64,000 bases of DNA from Candidatus Omnitrophota bacterium (GCA_030681595.1 JAUXSB010000008.1:89587-153586); one strand, 5' to 3'; counted from the stretch's first letter, positions 1 through 9,914 are shown. The notes: generated by a model not told the origin, from the letters alone. Numbers and translations are program-made.

Positions 1-556
1 TAAGGTATTAAATGATTTGCTGGATAAATACAGGATAAAAAAAGAAGACATCGGATTATTCGCTGTAGGTTTAGGGCCCGGATCATTTACTGGATTAAGG
101 ATTTCTTTATCTATTCTGAAGGGGCTCGTTTTAAGCTTAGAGAAAAAAGCAATTGGTATATCAAGCCTTGATGTTATCGCCGGTAATATAAACCAAGACG
201 GGTATTTATCGGTAGTATTAGATGCAAGGCGTGGTAATGTTTATACTGCTTCATATGAATATAAAAGTGACAAGCTTAAAAGAATAACGCCCTATCTACT
301 AATAAATTTTAATGATTGGCTTAAAGGTATAAAGAAGAAAACGTTTGTCTTGGGTGATGGAATATCCGTATATAATAGAGAATTATTAAAGGAAGAAAAT
401 ATTATTTGTCTTCCGGAAAAATTTTGGTATCCGGATGCAAAAAACCTATGCGCCTTAGCCCGCGAGAAGTTTAAAAAACATGGCCCGGATAATGTGGAGA
501 GATTGCTGCCGTTATATCTTTATCCAAAAGAATGCCAAATCAAAAGAGTTGGTTAG
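1..556 (+). CDS. tsaB: tRNA threonylcarbamoyladenosine biosynthesis protein TsaB/YeaZ (5' partial, runs off window start)
   Basis: GPGSFTGLRIS motif typical of TsaB. Reading frame is open back to position 2, so the N-terminus is missing. Confidence 0.65.
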   Translation, partial: KVLNDLLDKYRIKKEDIGLFAVGLGPGSFTGLRISLSILKGLVLSLEKKAIGISSLDVIAGNINQDGYLSVVLDARRGNVYTASYEYKSDKLKRITPYLLINFNDWLKGIKKKTFVLGDGISVYNRELLKEENIICLPEKFWYPDAKNLCALAREKFKKHGPDNVERLLPLYLYPKECQIKRVG

Positions 557-578
557 TTGGATAGTTTGTTAGTTAGTT

Positions 579-608
579 CCAACCAACCAACCAACCAACC
601 AACCAACC
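579..608. repeat. (CCAA)7.5 tetranucleotide microsatellite immediately upstream of the alr ATG
   Basis: ccaaccaacc... read directly. An imperfectly complementary TTGG/TTAG-rich tract (551-578) precedes it, giving a long imperfect palindrome. Confidence 0.9.
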
Positions 609-611
609 ATT

Positions 612-1718
612 ATGTTTTACCGTCCTACTTGGGTAGAGGTTAATTTAGGCAATATTGCTTATAATATAAATTCTATCCGCAGGCTTATTTCGCCTTATAC
701 CGAGATATTGGCTACAGTTAAGGCTGATGCTTACGGCCACGGCATAATCCCGGTTTCTAAAAAGCTTGTTTCTTTAGGTATAAATTACTTGGGTGTAGCT
801 ACCCTTGATGAGGCAATCGTATTACGTAATGCCGGGATAAAATGCCGTATTCTTATCCTCGGAGGAATTTTTCCTAAAGATGCGGATGCGGTTATTCGCT
901 ATAATTTGACGCAATCCGTATTTACAAAAGATGTGGCATATGCATTAAATTTAGCCGCAGAAAAAAATAAAAAGAAAGTACCCATACATATAAAAGTAGA
1001 TACAGGTATGGGCAGATTGGGCGTATGGCATAGTGATGTTTTTTCTTTTGTTTCTCAGATAAAAAGGTTTAAATCCCTTGACATCGAAGGGATATTTACG
1101 CATTTATCCAGCGCTGATGTTGATGAGAATTTTAGTAAGAGGCAGATTAGCGATTTCAAGGTTTTATTAGCCCGGTTAGAAAAAAGCGGGATATTCATAC
1201 CATTAAGGCATGTGGCAAACAGCCTGGGAATTCTTAAGTTTAAAGACAGTCATTTTAATCTTGTCAGGCCGGGGATTATTATTTATGGTCTTTATCCGAA
1301 AGACAACCTTAACATAAAACTTAAATCCGCCATGTCCCTAAAAACCAAGATAGTATACTTAAAAAAACTTCCTAAAGGCAGGAGCGTAAGCTATGGTCAT
1401 ACATATATTGCAGATAAAAGTACTATTATCGCGACACTTCCTATTGGTTACGGTGACGGCTACCCGCGGCTTTTATCTAACAGGGCGCCTGTCTTAGTCA
1501 AAGGCAGGCGGGCGAAGGTAGCCGGCAGGGTTTGTATGGATCAGGTAATGGTCGATGTCGGTCATATTAAAAATATTAAGGTGGGCGATACGGTTATTTT
1601 GATCGGTAAAAAAGGCGGTTGCGCTGTCACTGCGGAAGAGCTGGCAGGATTATCCGGAACTATTTGCTATGAGATAGTATGCGGTATCGGCTCAAGAGTG
1701 CCAAGGGTTTATATTTAA
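612..1718 (+). CDS. alr: alanine racemase
   Basis: PLP-lysine motif VKADAYGHG near the N-terminus; length 368 aa; C-terminal beta domain. Confidence 0.88.
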   Translation: MFYRPTWVEVNLGNIAYNINSIRRLISPYTEILATVKADAYGHGIIPVSKKLVSLGINYLGVATLDEAIVLRNAGIKCRILILGGIFPKDADAVIRYNLTQSVFTKDVAYALNLAAEKNKKKVPIHIKVDTGMGRLGVWHSDVFSFVSQIKRFKSLDIEGIFTHLSSADVDENFSKRQISDFKVLLARLEKSGIFIPLRHVANSLGILKFKDSHFNLVRPGIIIYGLYPKDNLNIKLKSAMSLKTKIVYLKKLPKGRSVSYGHTYIADKSTIIATLPIGYGDGYPRLLSNRAPVLVKGRRAKVAGRVCMDQVMVDVGHIKNIKVGDTVILIGKKGGCAVTAEELAGLSGTICYEIVCGIGSRVPRVYI

Positions 1719-2806
1719 GGAAGATTTTTAATAGCTATAACGCTGAAAATAATAAAAAAGGCATGGCTTAAGATAGCAGAAATAACCGGAGGTATTACTC
1801 CAAGCTTACCGAAGGCGATAGAGGTTTGATTAAAGACATAGTAAAGAAAACTAATTCCGATACATAATCCTAAAGAAGCAACTGCTTGGTCTCTTTTACT
1901 TTTTCCCAAAGCAAAAGGGATACCCACCAAAATTATCACAAGGCTGGTAAAAGGTAAAGTAAACCTATTGTATAAGTCAACTTTTAGATTTCTTAATACC
2001 GCGGTGGCCCCGCTATTAGACAGCCTTTTTATGTAATCGTTAAGCTGCGGAATATTCATAAACATAGCTTTCTGCTGCTGATTTACGAAATCCCGGGGCC
2101 TATCATTGAGGTACATTATTTTGTTTTTGAAATAAAACGGTTCCCCTAAAGGCCTGCCGTCTTTGTCGTAATAAGACATAATGCAATCCCTGAATAACCA
2201 GCGGTTCTTTTTAAAGTACGCTTCTTTGGCGGTAGTTTTTGAAATAACATTTTGATTTTCGTCGTGTTCAAGTATAACCACATTTTGCATCATCTGTTCT
2301 TTGGAGTGGTAAATATCAATAAAAAATTGCTTGTTGTCTTGTCCGTACACGGCAAGATTATATATGAACTTATTTTCAGGTGAACTACTTTTTTTAAACA
2401 TCTCGTTTTTCAGCTGATAATTAATGCTTTGTGCTTTCGGTAAAAAACGCTCATTGAGCATAAATACAAATGAGCTTACAATTAAACCGAACGCAAGCGC
2501 CGGCAGCGATATCCGCCAGATGCTTAGGCCGCTTGAACGCATGGCGATAATTTCATTGGATTTAGATAAATTGCCGATAGAATAAAGCAGGCTGAGAAGA
2601 CAAGCCATAGGAGCAACTTGTATGAACATAAGCGGCAGGAATGAGAGGTAATAATTCAGGAGTGCCGCGATAACCACCTTTTCTTTTAATACGTCATCTA
2701 AATGCGAGAATAAATCTACGATTACATATAGGAATAAGAAAATAAATATGCAGCCTAGAAACGTAAAAACCATTGATTTGGTTACATATCTGTCTAAAAT
2801 ACGCAT
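1715..2806 (-). CDS. LPS export ABC permease, LptF/LptG (YjgP/YjgQ) family
   Basis: Multi-TM protein. Start reassigned to MRILDRYVTKS, typical of LptF/G. Forms a pair with the upstream paralog. Confidence 0.68.
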   Translation of the reverse strand: MRILDRYVTKSMVFTFLGCIFIFLFLYVIVDLFSHLDDVLKEKVVIAALLNYYLSFLPLMFIQVAPMACLLSLLYSIGNLSKSNEIIAMRSSGLSIWRISLPALAFGLIVSSFVFMLNERFLPKAQSINYQLKNEMFKKSSSPENKFIYNLAVYGQDNKQFFIDIYHSKEQMMQNVVILEHDENQNVISKTTAKEAYFKKNRWLFRDCIMSYYDKDGRPLGEPFYFKNKIMYLNDRPRDFVNQQQKAMFMNIPQLNDYIKRLSNSGATAVLRNLKVDLYNRFTLPFTSLVIILVGIPFALGKSKRDQAVASLGLCIGISFLYYVFNQTSIAFGKLGVIPPVISAILSHAFFIIFSVIAIKNLP

Positions 2807-3888
2807 ATCGATAAGGTAAAAATTAGCCCCAGCAAACCGAATACAATGTTGGGCAGCCACATAGCCAATTGCGGTGGAATAGCGCCTTCAAGGCTTAAGG
2901 CATTTGCCCCCAGCATAAGAAGATAATATACGCCAAATATTACCAAAGCTAAGCCCAGATTTACTGATTTTAATCTTTGCTTGGTGATAATGCTTAAGGG
3001 GCATCCAATAAGGATTAGGACAAGGCAGGCAAAGGCAAGGGATATTTTTTTATGTATTTCCGTAATTAACGGGTTGGGGTCAACGCCGTCGCGTTTAACG
3101 CGCTTAATTTCTGTTTTGAGTTCTTCTATGGTCATATCTTTTGGTTTTTTGCTGATTTGGCCTTGCTGGGCTTTGGCAATATTTAAATTGATAAAATTAG
3201 TCTTGAAGTTTAATTTATAGAATACATTGGGATTGCTTGGATTAGGCTCGTCAGACGAGCCGTCCATGAGCTTCAGTTTAACCATTCCTTTATCCGGAAT
3301 GGAAATAAATTCTCCCCTTTTGGCAATTGTTGTGCGCGCCGGCCTTCCCGGTCCAAGCGGCTCGTATATGCGTATATTGGTGAGTTTATTCCCTTCTATT
3401 TTGTAAATAAAAATAATATATTTCTGGAAGGTATCAATAAATGTACCTGCCTCAAGCGTTGCCGTGGGGTTATTTATGCCGATATCCACCAAGGCCTTTC
3501 TTCTTTCAAAATTTGCCCCGGGCATGAGCTTGTTATTGAATATCACCATAAACAGGCTTGCGATTAATCCCAGGGTAAGAAGGGGCATAATTAAATGGAT
3601 TATATTTGTGCCTGTCGCTTTTATAGCGGCTATCTCATTATCTGATGAAATTCTGCCTAATGACCAGAGCGTGCTGGTGAATATCGCTAAAGGCAGGATA
3701 TAACTGAAAGGATAAAATAAGGAATAGAAAAATAATTTTATTACCATGCCAACCCCGACACCTTTATTAATAATTAAGCTGGTATATTGGGTTAAAAAGA
3801 CAAGAGAAAATATGAATATCAGAACCGCCATTGATAGTATAAATGGCGTTATAAATTCGGTTAGTACATATTTACGTAAAATCTTCAT
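2794..3888 (-). CDS. LPS export ABC permease, LptF/LptG (YjgP/YjgQ) family
   Basis: N-terminus MKILRKYVLTEF with TM segments, a periplasmic beta-jellyroll-like middle and C-terminal TMs. Overlaps the downstream paralog by 13 nt. Confidence 0.68.
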   Translation of the reverse strand: MKILRKYVLTEFITPFILSMAVLIFIFSLVFLTQYTSLIINKGVGVGMVIKLFFYSLFYPFSYILPLAIFTSTLWSLGRISSDNEIAAIKATGTNIIHLIMPLLTLGLIASLFMVIFNNKLMPGANFERRKALVDIGINNPTATLEAGTFIDTFQKYIIFIYKIEGNKLTNIRIYEPLGPGRPARTTIAKRGEFISIPDKGMVKLKLMDGSSDEPNPSNPNVFYKLNFKTNFINLNIAKAQQGQISKKPKDMTIEELKTEIKRVKRDGVDPNPLITEIHKKISLAFACLVLILIGCPLSIITKQRLKSVNLGLALVIFGVYYLLMLGANALSLEGAIPPQLAMWLPNIVFGLLGLIFTLSICVF

Positions 3889-4088
3889 AAATGAAGCCTT
3901 AACTTAGCGAGCCTAAAAGCGAAGCTAAGTTATTTGGCTGAATTTATCCCATTGAGCGTATCAAAATTATAGCATAGAATTTTGATACATCTTGCCCTCT
4001 GCAATTCGAAGAATTGCGAGGACTTAGTCCCTGAAATTACTTCGCAATTTCTAGGGGCGAAACGGGATGAAGTTGGTTTATTGCTCAT

Positions 4089-4790
4089 TTAGCTGGCAAA
4101 GGTTAATACGGAAACACTCTTTGCTCCCGATTCTTTTAAGATGCGCGCAGCCTCGGAACAGGTTGCGCCTGTCGTTAAAACATCGTCTATTAGCAAGACA
4201 TTTTGTCCGTAAAATTCATCGTTATGCTTTACCGCGAACGCGCCTTGTATATTTTTAAAGCGCGATTGCGCCTTTAATCTTACCTGCGCTTTATTATTAG
4301 AGAGGCGTATTAAGTTTCCGGCTGAATGCCGTATCTTGAATTTTTCTGCAATAGGTAAAGAAATAAGCTCAGATTGATTAAATTCCCTTTCTCTTAATTT
4401 TGAGCTCGACAGGGGGACAGGCACGATCACCGCTATTTTATCCATAGCGATATGAAAGCCGGTAATGAATTTTATTAAGATTTCCGTCAGAATGCCTGAA
4501 ATTTTAATTTTGCCTTTATATTTTAAGAGATGAATAAGTTCCGCGCTTGTGCCTACGTAACGGCATGGGCTAAAGGCCCGGTCAAAATATAATCTTATAT
4601 TTCGGCAGTATGGGCAATTGCCCTCTTTTAAATTCCTGCCGCAACGCCGACAAAATGGCGGTACGTTTATTTTGATGCTACTAAGGCAATCCCGGCAGAC
4701 AATAATTTCCTGCTCGACTAACTTTTTGCAAACCAAGCATTGTACAGGATAGATTATATTGATTAGGCCGGCTAAAATATCCCTCAACAT
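4089..4790 (-). CDS. ComF-family protein (double zinc ribbon + phosphoribosyltransferase domain)
   Basis: CLVCKK..CRDC and CRRCG..CPYC zinc-ribbon motifs, then the PRTase motif VLLIDDVLTTGAT. Confidence 0.7.
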   Translation of the reverse strand: MLRDILAGLINIIYPVQCLVCKKLVEQEIIVCRDCLSSIKINVPPFCRRCGRNLKEGNCPYCRNIRLYFDRAFSPCRYVGTSAELIHLLKYKGKIKISGILTEILIKFITGFHIAMDKIAVIVPVPLSSSKLREREFNQSELISLPIAEKFKIRHSAGNLIRLSNNKAQVRLKAQSRFKNIQGAFAVKHNDEFYGQNVLLIDDVLTTGATCSEAARILKESGAKSVSVLTFAS

Positions 4791-4798
4791 AAATAACT

Positions 4799-4858
4799 AT
4801 GATACAGTACTAAATATGAATTGTCAACGTTGACATAGCCGGAATTGGATAGTAAAAT
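4799..4858. promoter_or_regulatory. divergent sigma70-like promoter pair sharing a 14-bp perfect palindrome TGTCAACGTTGACA
   Basis: Plus strand: TTGACA(4830-4835)-17 nt-TAAAAT(4853-4858), with ATG at 4866. Minus strand: TTGACA (revcomp of 4822-4827)-17 nt-TATCAT (revcomp of 4799-4804), with comF ATG at 4790. Both starts lie 7-8 nt after the -10 box. Confidence 0.55.
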
Positions 4859-4865
4859 ATATACC

Positions 4866-5429
4866 ATGGAAAAGCAAGAAAATATGCAAGATTTAAGAGG
4901 GCAGTTATTTGGGCTTTTAAAAGAATATGCCTATAAAGAAGGCAGGATAGTTTTATCCAGCGGCAAGATCGGCAGTTATTACATTGATGCCCGCGTGGTG
5001 ACTTTAAGTTCTAAAGGGGCATATCTTGTTGCCGCGTTAATTTTGGATTTAACTAAAGGAAAGAAAATTTCTGCCATCGGCGGGCCTACGCTGGGTGCTG
5101 ATCCTTTCTTGGGGGCAATTGCAACCCTGTCTCTTTTGGATAAAAACCCTATCAATACCTTTATTATCAGAAAAACCCCAAAAGAACACGGCACCAAAAA
5201 AAGAATAGAAGGGCCGGCATTAAAAAAAGGCGACAGGGTCATTATCGTGGATGATGTCGCAACCTCAGGTAGCTCGCTTATTGATTGCGTATCTGTCTTG
5301 CGTGATGAAGGCGTGGTTATAGAAAGCGCCGTAGTCATTATTGACCGCGAAGAGGGTGCAGCGGAGAATCTTGCCCGGGTTAATTGCCCGCTTATCTCGA
5401 TTTTCAAAGCCTCGGATTTTAAGAAATAA
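4866..5429 (+). CDS. pyrE: orotate phosphoribosyltransferase
   Basis: PRPP-binding motif VIIVDDVATSGSS. ORF track starts at TTG 4845; the in-frame ATG at 4866 fits the promoter spacing better. Confidence 0.72.
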   Translation: MEKQENMQDLRGQLFGLLKEYAYKEGRIVLSSGKIGSYYIDARVVTLSSKGAYLVAALILDLTKGKKISAIGGPTLGADPFLGAIATLSLLDKNPINTFIIRKTPKEHGTKKRIEGPALKKGDRVIIVDDVATSGSSLIDCVSVLRDEGVVIESAVVIIDREEGAAENLARVNCPLISIFKASDFKK

Positions 5430-5447
5430 TCTTATCCCTTTTTAATT

Positions 5448-6032
5448 ATGTATCGGCAAATAATTTTAGCCTCTAACTCAAAAGCCCGTGCGGGATTATT
5501 AAAGAAAAGCGGCTTCAGGTTTAAGGTAAGGGCATCGGGTGTTAAAGAGGTAAAATACCGCCCCGGAATGTCCGTCAGGCGTTTGGTGATTTATAATTCC
5601 TGCCTAAAAGCCAAAAAGGTTATGGCGTCTTATAAAAATGAAATAATTATCGCGGCTGATACAGTGGTATTACAGAACAAAATGGTATTTGGTAAGCCAC
5701 GGGATAAAAAAGAGGCATTCCGGATTATTAAAAGATTATCTTCACAGCCGTCTTTTGTTTATACCGGCCTTGCTGTCGCAGATTGTAAAAATAATAAAAT
5801 ATACACCGACTGCGAAGTTACTAAAGTATGGATGTTAAAATTATCAGATAGCGAGATAAATGAATACCTTTCCATCGCGGATACAAAACACCTTAGTTTT
5901 GCCGGCGGTTTTGATATACAAGGGCGGGGGAGTTTATTTATTGAAAGGATCGACGGCTGTTTTTATAATGTAGTCGGCCTGCCTTTAGCTAAATTGCATA
6001 AACTTCTTAAAAAATGCGCGATAGGCTTATAG
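5448..6032 (+). CDS. maf: Maf-like nucleoside triphosphate pyrophosphatase
   Basis: N-terminal ILASNSKARAGLL, a Maf/Ham1 signature; 194 aa. Confidence 0.75.
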   Translation: MYRQIILASNSKARAGLLKKSGFRFKVRASGVKEVKYRPGMSVRRLVIYNSCLKAKKVMASYKNEIIIAADTVVLQNKMVFGKPRDKKEAFRIIKRLSSQPSFVYTGLAVADCKNNKIYTDCEVTKVWMLKLSDSEINEYLSIADTKHLSFAGGFDIQGRGSLFIERIDGCFYNVVGLPLAKLHKLLKKCAIGL

Positions 6033-6802
6033 TTTTTTTATTTTTCATTTTTCACTTTTCATTTTTGCTTTTATTTTCTGGCTGCGCCTCAGAATATAAT
6101 CTGGCGACTAGGCGCGAAGAAACACTCTTTTACTCTTCAGACAAAGAAATAAATTTAGGCCGCTCAATCGCAAAACAGGTTGAGGCAAAGTATAAGTTAG
6201 CAGAAGACGTTTCTCTGCAGGAGAGGGCGGATGTGATTGGGCAGAAGATCGCCGTTGTCTGTGACCGCAAAGATCTGGTTTATTATTTTAAGGTTATTGA
6301 TGAAAAAGAAGTAAATGCCGTTTCTCTCCCCGGAGGATTTATTTATATAAATAAAGGTCTTATGGATATAGCTAGCGATGATGAGCTTGCCTGTGTTATT
6401 GCTCACGAAGTAGGCCATATTGCTGCCCGCCATAGCATCAAGAAACTGCAGGCTTCAATGGGGTATATGCTGGCAAGGATTTTAACCGCTACTGCGACCA
6501 GTTCTGCCGAGGCGGTTTACGGCGCAGATTTAGCATTTAGCGAAATTATGATGGGCTATTCGCGCGATGACGAGCTCTTGGCAGACAAGGTAGGCATACG
6601 TTACGCCCAAAAAGCGGGCTTTGACCCCTATGCAATGATTAGTTTCCTGGGTAAGCTAAAAGAGGCTAAACGTAAAGAACCGGCCGCTCCCCTATCATAT
6701 GGCCGCACCCACCCTTATATGGCCGATAGAGTTGCTATTGTAAAGCAGGAATTAGGCGAAAATATCAGTTTTACGGATTATATTAACCGCGAAGAAAAAT
6801 AG
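6014..6802 (+). CDS. M48-family zinc metallopeptidase, probable lipoprotein
   Basis: HEVGHIAARH (HExxH) motif. Signal peptide with lipobox LLFSGC. Confidence 0.75.
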   Translation: MRDRLIVFLFFIFHFSFLLLFSGCASEYNLATRREETLFYSSDKEINLGRSIAKQVEAKYKLAEDVSLQERADVIGQKIAVVCDRKDLVYYFKVIDEKEVNAVSLPGGFIYINKGLMDIASDDELACVIAHEVGHIAARHSIKKLQASMGYMLARILTATATSSAEAVYGADLAFSEIMMGYSRDDELLADKVGIRYAQKAGFDPYAMISFLGKLKEAKRKEPAAPLSYGRTHPYMADRVAIVKQELGENISFTDYINREEK

Positions 6803-6805
6803 AAA

Positions 6806-7930
6806 ATGGCCTCAAAGGTTGCGATTAAAAAATGCCTGGATTACCAGGCGCAGAATGTTGAGCGGGCATTAAGAGAAGCGCTGAATTTAATCGGTGGCAT
6901 AACCAGTTTTATCAAACCGAATTCGCGCGTATTGCTTAAGCCGAATCTGCTGATGGCTATTGAACCTGACCGGGCGATTACCACCCATCCTGAAATAGTC
7001 AGGGCCGTAGTCCACATTTTAAAAGAAATCAATGCTGAAATTTATCTGGGGGATACGCCGAGCGTTTTTGGCAAATCGGAAGATTTAGCGATAGAAGAGA
7101 TCTATAAGAAAACGGGTATATATAAAATTGCTTCAGAAGAAGGGATAAAATTAGTTGAATTAAGGCAGAAGAATTTTAAGAAAGGCCTGCCGTTAACCGG
7201 TTTTTTGGATAATGTGGATGCGGTAGTAAACATTCCAAAATTTAAGACACACGGGCTTATGATTTTAACCGGCGCGGTAAAGAATCTTTTCGGCCTGATT
7301 CCCGGCCTGTCAAAAAGCGAGATGCATAAAAAATATTTTAAGGCGCATGAATTTGCCGCAATGCTGGTTGATGTCTATCAGGCAGTTTTGCCGGCTATTA
7401 ATATTGTAGATGCCGTAGAGGTTATTGAGGGGGATGGGCCCGCCACCAGCGGAGAGAAGCGGCGCGCAGGTTTGATTGTTGCCGGCGCTGATGCCGTAGC
7501 AGTTGACAGCGTATTGGCCCGTCTGATGAATTTAATGCCGGGTGATATTCCGGTGATTAACGAGGCGCAAAAACGCGATTTGGGCAATAGTAGTTTAGCT
7601 TCTCTGGAAGTTTTAGGCGAAAGCTTAGATGACGTTATCATCCCGGGTTTTAAACTGCCGAAAACGTCTTTAGTGTATAAAATTCCCAAGCCGGCATTTA
7701 ACCTGATAAAAAGGTTGTTGGATTACCGGCCGCAAATTAATCCTAAAATCTGTATTCGCTGTAAAAAATGCCAGACGATTTGCCCTAAGCAGGTAATTAC
7801 TATTGAGCCGAAAATAAAGATAGATTATTCCGGATGTATCCGTTGTTTTTGTTGCCAGGAGGTATGCCCGGTTAACGCGATTTCAGTAAAGAGAAGTTTA
7901 GCGGCAAGAATCTTAGGAATGAGAGGATAA
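6806..7930 (+). CDS. DUF362-domain protein with C-terminal 2x[4Fe-4S] ferredoxin domain
   Basis: C-terminal CIRCKKCQTICP and CIRCFCCQEVCP CxxCxxCxxxCP motifs. N-terminal region is DUF362-like. Confidence 0.55.
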   Translation: MASKVAIKKCLDYQAQNVERALREALNLIGGITSFIKPNSRVLLKPNLLMAIEPDRAITTHPEIVRAVVHILKEINAEIYLGDTPSVFGKSEDLAIEEIYKKTGIYKIASEEGIKLVELRQKNFKKGLPLTGFLDNVDAVVNIPKFKTHGLMILTGAVKNLFGLIPGLSKSEMHKKYFKAHEFAAMLVDVYQAVLPAINIVDAVEVIEGDGPATSGEKRRAGLIVAGADAVAVDSVLARLMNLMPGDIPVINEAQKRDLGNSSLASLEVLGESLDDVIIPGFKLPKTSLVYKIPKPAFNLIKRLLDYRPQINPKICIRCKKCQTICPKQVITIEPKIKIDYSGCIRCFCCQEVCPVNAISVKRSLAARILGMRG

Positions 7931-7931
7931 A

Positions 7932-8972
7932 ATGGCTATTGAGACGATAAAGTGGGAGAATGGTAAGGTAAAACTAATAGATCAGACCAAGCTTCCTCTA
8001 TCTTTAGAGTATATTATCTGTTCTGATGTAAAGACGCTTTGGCAGGCCATAAAGATGCTGAAAGTAAGAGGCGCTCCGGCTATCGGTATTGCAGCAGCCT
8101 TCGGGGTAGTTTTAGGGATAAGAAATTCCAAGGCAAAAACTTTTACTCAATTTGAAAAGGATTTATCAAGAGTAATTAAATATTTGGCTTCTTCGCGCCC
8201 GACGGCAGTTAACCTTTTTTGGGCGCTGGAAAGAATGAAAAAGGTTGCATTAAGCCACTCCAGCCATTCAATAAGCCGGATAAAAAAATTATTATATCAG
8301 GAATCCGTAAAAATTTTAAGCGAAGATAAAAATATCTGCCGCGCGATGGGTCACTACGGGGCCGGGTTAATTAAGGACAATGATAGAGTTTTGACTATTT
8401 GCAATGCCGGGGCCCTTGCCACAGGAGACTTTGGGACTGCCTTAGGCGTATTTTATCAGGCAAAGACAGAAGGTAAAAAATTTAAGGTTTATTCCTCTGA
8501 GACGCGGCCTTTGCTGCAGGGGGCGCGCCTGACGACGTGGGAACTGCTGCAGGAAGGCATAGACGTAACCCTAATCTGTGATAATATGGCGGCAAGCCTA
8601 ATGGAAAAAGGTTTAATAGGCAAGGTTTTTGTCGGGGCTGACAGGATTGCCGCAAACGGCGATACCGCCAATAAAATCGGGACTTACAGTTTGGCTGTGC
8701 TGGCGCATTATCATAAAATTCCTTTTTATGTGGTTGCGCCTAAATCCAGCTTTGATTTAAAGATTAAAAGCGGCAGAGATATTCCTATTGAAGAGCGCTC
8801 CGAAGATGAGGTCGTTGAAATTTATGGAAAGCGCATCGCGCCTATAGGCGTTAAAGTTTATAATCCGGCTTTTGATGTAACCCCTCATGGTTTAATTTCC
8901 TCCATTATTACTGAAAAGGGCGTTGTGAAGCCAGTATATAAAACAAATATCAGAAAGATGCTTGGGGCATAA
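7932..8972 (+). CDS. mtnA: S-methyl-5-thioribose-1-phosphate isomerase (eIF-2B alpha/beta/delta-like)
   Basis: Motifs ICNAGALAT and GADRIAANGDTANKIGTY, characteristic of MtnA. Confidence 0.7.
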   Translation: MAIETIKWENGKVKLIDQTKLPLSLEYIICSDVKTLWQAIKMLKVRGAPAIGIAAAFGVVLGIRNSKAKTFTQFEKDLSRVIKYLASSRPTAVNLFWALERMKKVALSHSSHSISRIKKLLYQESVKILSEDKNICRAMGHYGAGLIKDNDRVLTICNAGALATGDFGTALGVFYQAKTEGKKFKVYSSETRPLLQGARLTTWELLQEGIDVTLICDNMAASLMEKGLIGKVFVGADRIAANGDTANKIGTYSLAVLAHYHKIPFYVVAPKSSFDLKIKSGRDIPIEERSEDEVVEIYGKRIAPIGVKVYNPAFDVTPHGLISSIITEKGVVKPVYKTNIRKMLGA

Positions 8973-8975
8973 ATT

Positions 8976-9878
8976 ATGCTTTTAAATAAAATTGGCGAGT
9001 TTGGCTTAATTGAACGGTTTAAGAAAATAATAAAAACAGATTCATCGGTTATTGAAGGAGTGGGGGATGATTGCGCTGTCTTAGAGTTTGATAGGCGTAA
9101 CTACCAGCTTTTTACCTGTGATATGATAGTGGAGGGTGTAGATTTTCTGCCGCAAACAGACCCTTACCTTATCGGTAGAAAGGCCGTAGCCATTTCTCTA
9201 AGCGATATTGCCGCCTGCGGCGGGCTGCCAAAGCATTGCCTCGTGTCCTTAGGTATACCTAAGAAAACATCAGTTGAATTTGTGGATAGATTTTTTAGGG
9301 GTATGCGTGATCTAGCCAAAAAATACAAAATAAATATCGTTGGAGGGGATTTAAGTAAGTCTCGGCAGTTGACCGTTGATGTGAGCATGCTGGGTTTAGT
9401 GGAGAAGAAAAATCTGGTATTACGCAGCGGCGCACAAAAGGGGCAATTAATTTTCGTAACCGGAAAGTTAGGCGGGTCATTAAATTCAGGCAGGCATTTG
9501 AAATTTATCCCAAGGATAATTGAGTCGCGCTATTTGGTAAATAACTTTAAGCCCGGAAGTATGATTGATATCTCTGACGGCTTAGCCGCAGACTTGGGTC
9601 ATATATTGGAGAGAAGTAAAAAAGGGGCAATTCTTTATGAAACGCTTATCCCTAAAAATAATAATGTTACGCTTGGCGAAGCTTTATTCTCCGGTGAAGA
9701 TTTTGAACTATTGTTTACTTTACCTTTAAAGCAGGCAATAAATTTTAATAAGGTAAGGCATCCGCAAAATATGCGGTTTTTTTTAATTGGAGAGATATCG
9801 GATTATCCCGGAATAACCCTTGTTGATAGAAAGTTTTGCTGCCGCAAGGTAAAAGATAGCGGGTTTCGGCATTTTTAG
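8976..9878 (+). CDS. thiL: thiamine-monophosphate kinase
   Basis: AIR-synthase-related fold with GDDCAV motif; 300 aa. Confidence 0.72.
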   Translation: MLLNKIGEFGLIERFKKIIKTDSSVIEGVGDDCAVLEFDRRNYQLFTCDMIVEGVDFLPQTDPYLIGRKAVAISLSDIAACGGLPKHCLVSLGIPKKTSVEFVDRFFRGMRDLAKKYKINIVGGDLSKSRQLTVDVSMLGLVEKKNLVLRSGAQKGQLIFVTGKLGGSLNSGRHLKFIPRIIESRYLVNNFKPGSMIDISDGLAADLGHILERSKKGAILYETLIPKNNNVTLGEALFSGEDFELLFTLPLKQAINFNKVRHPQNMRFFLIGEISDYPGITLVDRKFCCRKVKDSGFRHF

Positions 9879-9914
9879 CGATGGCATAAGTTACCCGGAT
9901 AAATTAATAGTTTT

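Noticed and set aside
4067-4258. 63-aa plus-strand ORF spanning the lptF-comF intergenic hairpins
   Set aside because: It overlaps the 3' end of comF on the opposite strand. The region is better explained by terminator/promoter hairpins (aacttagc...gctaagtt; gcaattc-gaa-gaattgc).
4979-5407. 142-aa minus-strand ORF antisense to pyrE; similar antisense ORFs at 12204-12632, 12437-12829, 20221-20682, 21704-22543 and 7378-7689
   Set aside because: All lie fully inside well-supported sense genes, have low-complexity Ser/Pro/Arg-rich translations and no start context. They are shadow ORFs.
6031-6075. ttttca-like tandem repeat at the 5' end of the M48 peptidase gene
   Set aside because: It encodes the hydrophobic signal peptide (FIFHFSFLLLF). 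The repeat follows from that Phe-rich composition and is not a separate element.
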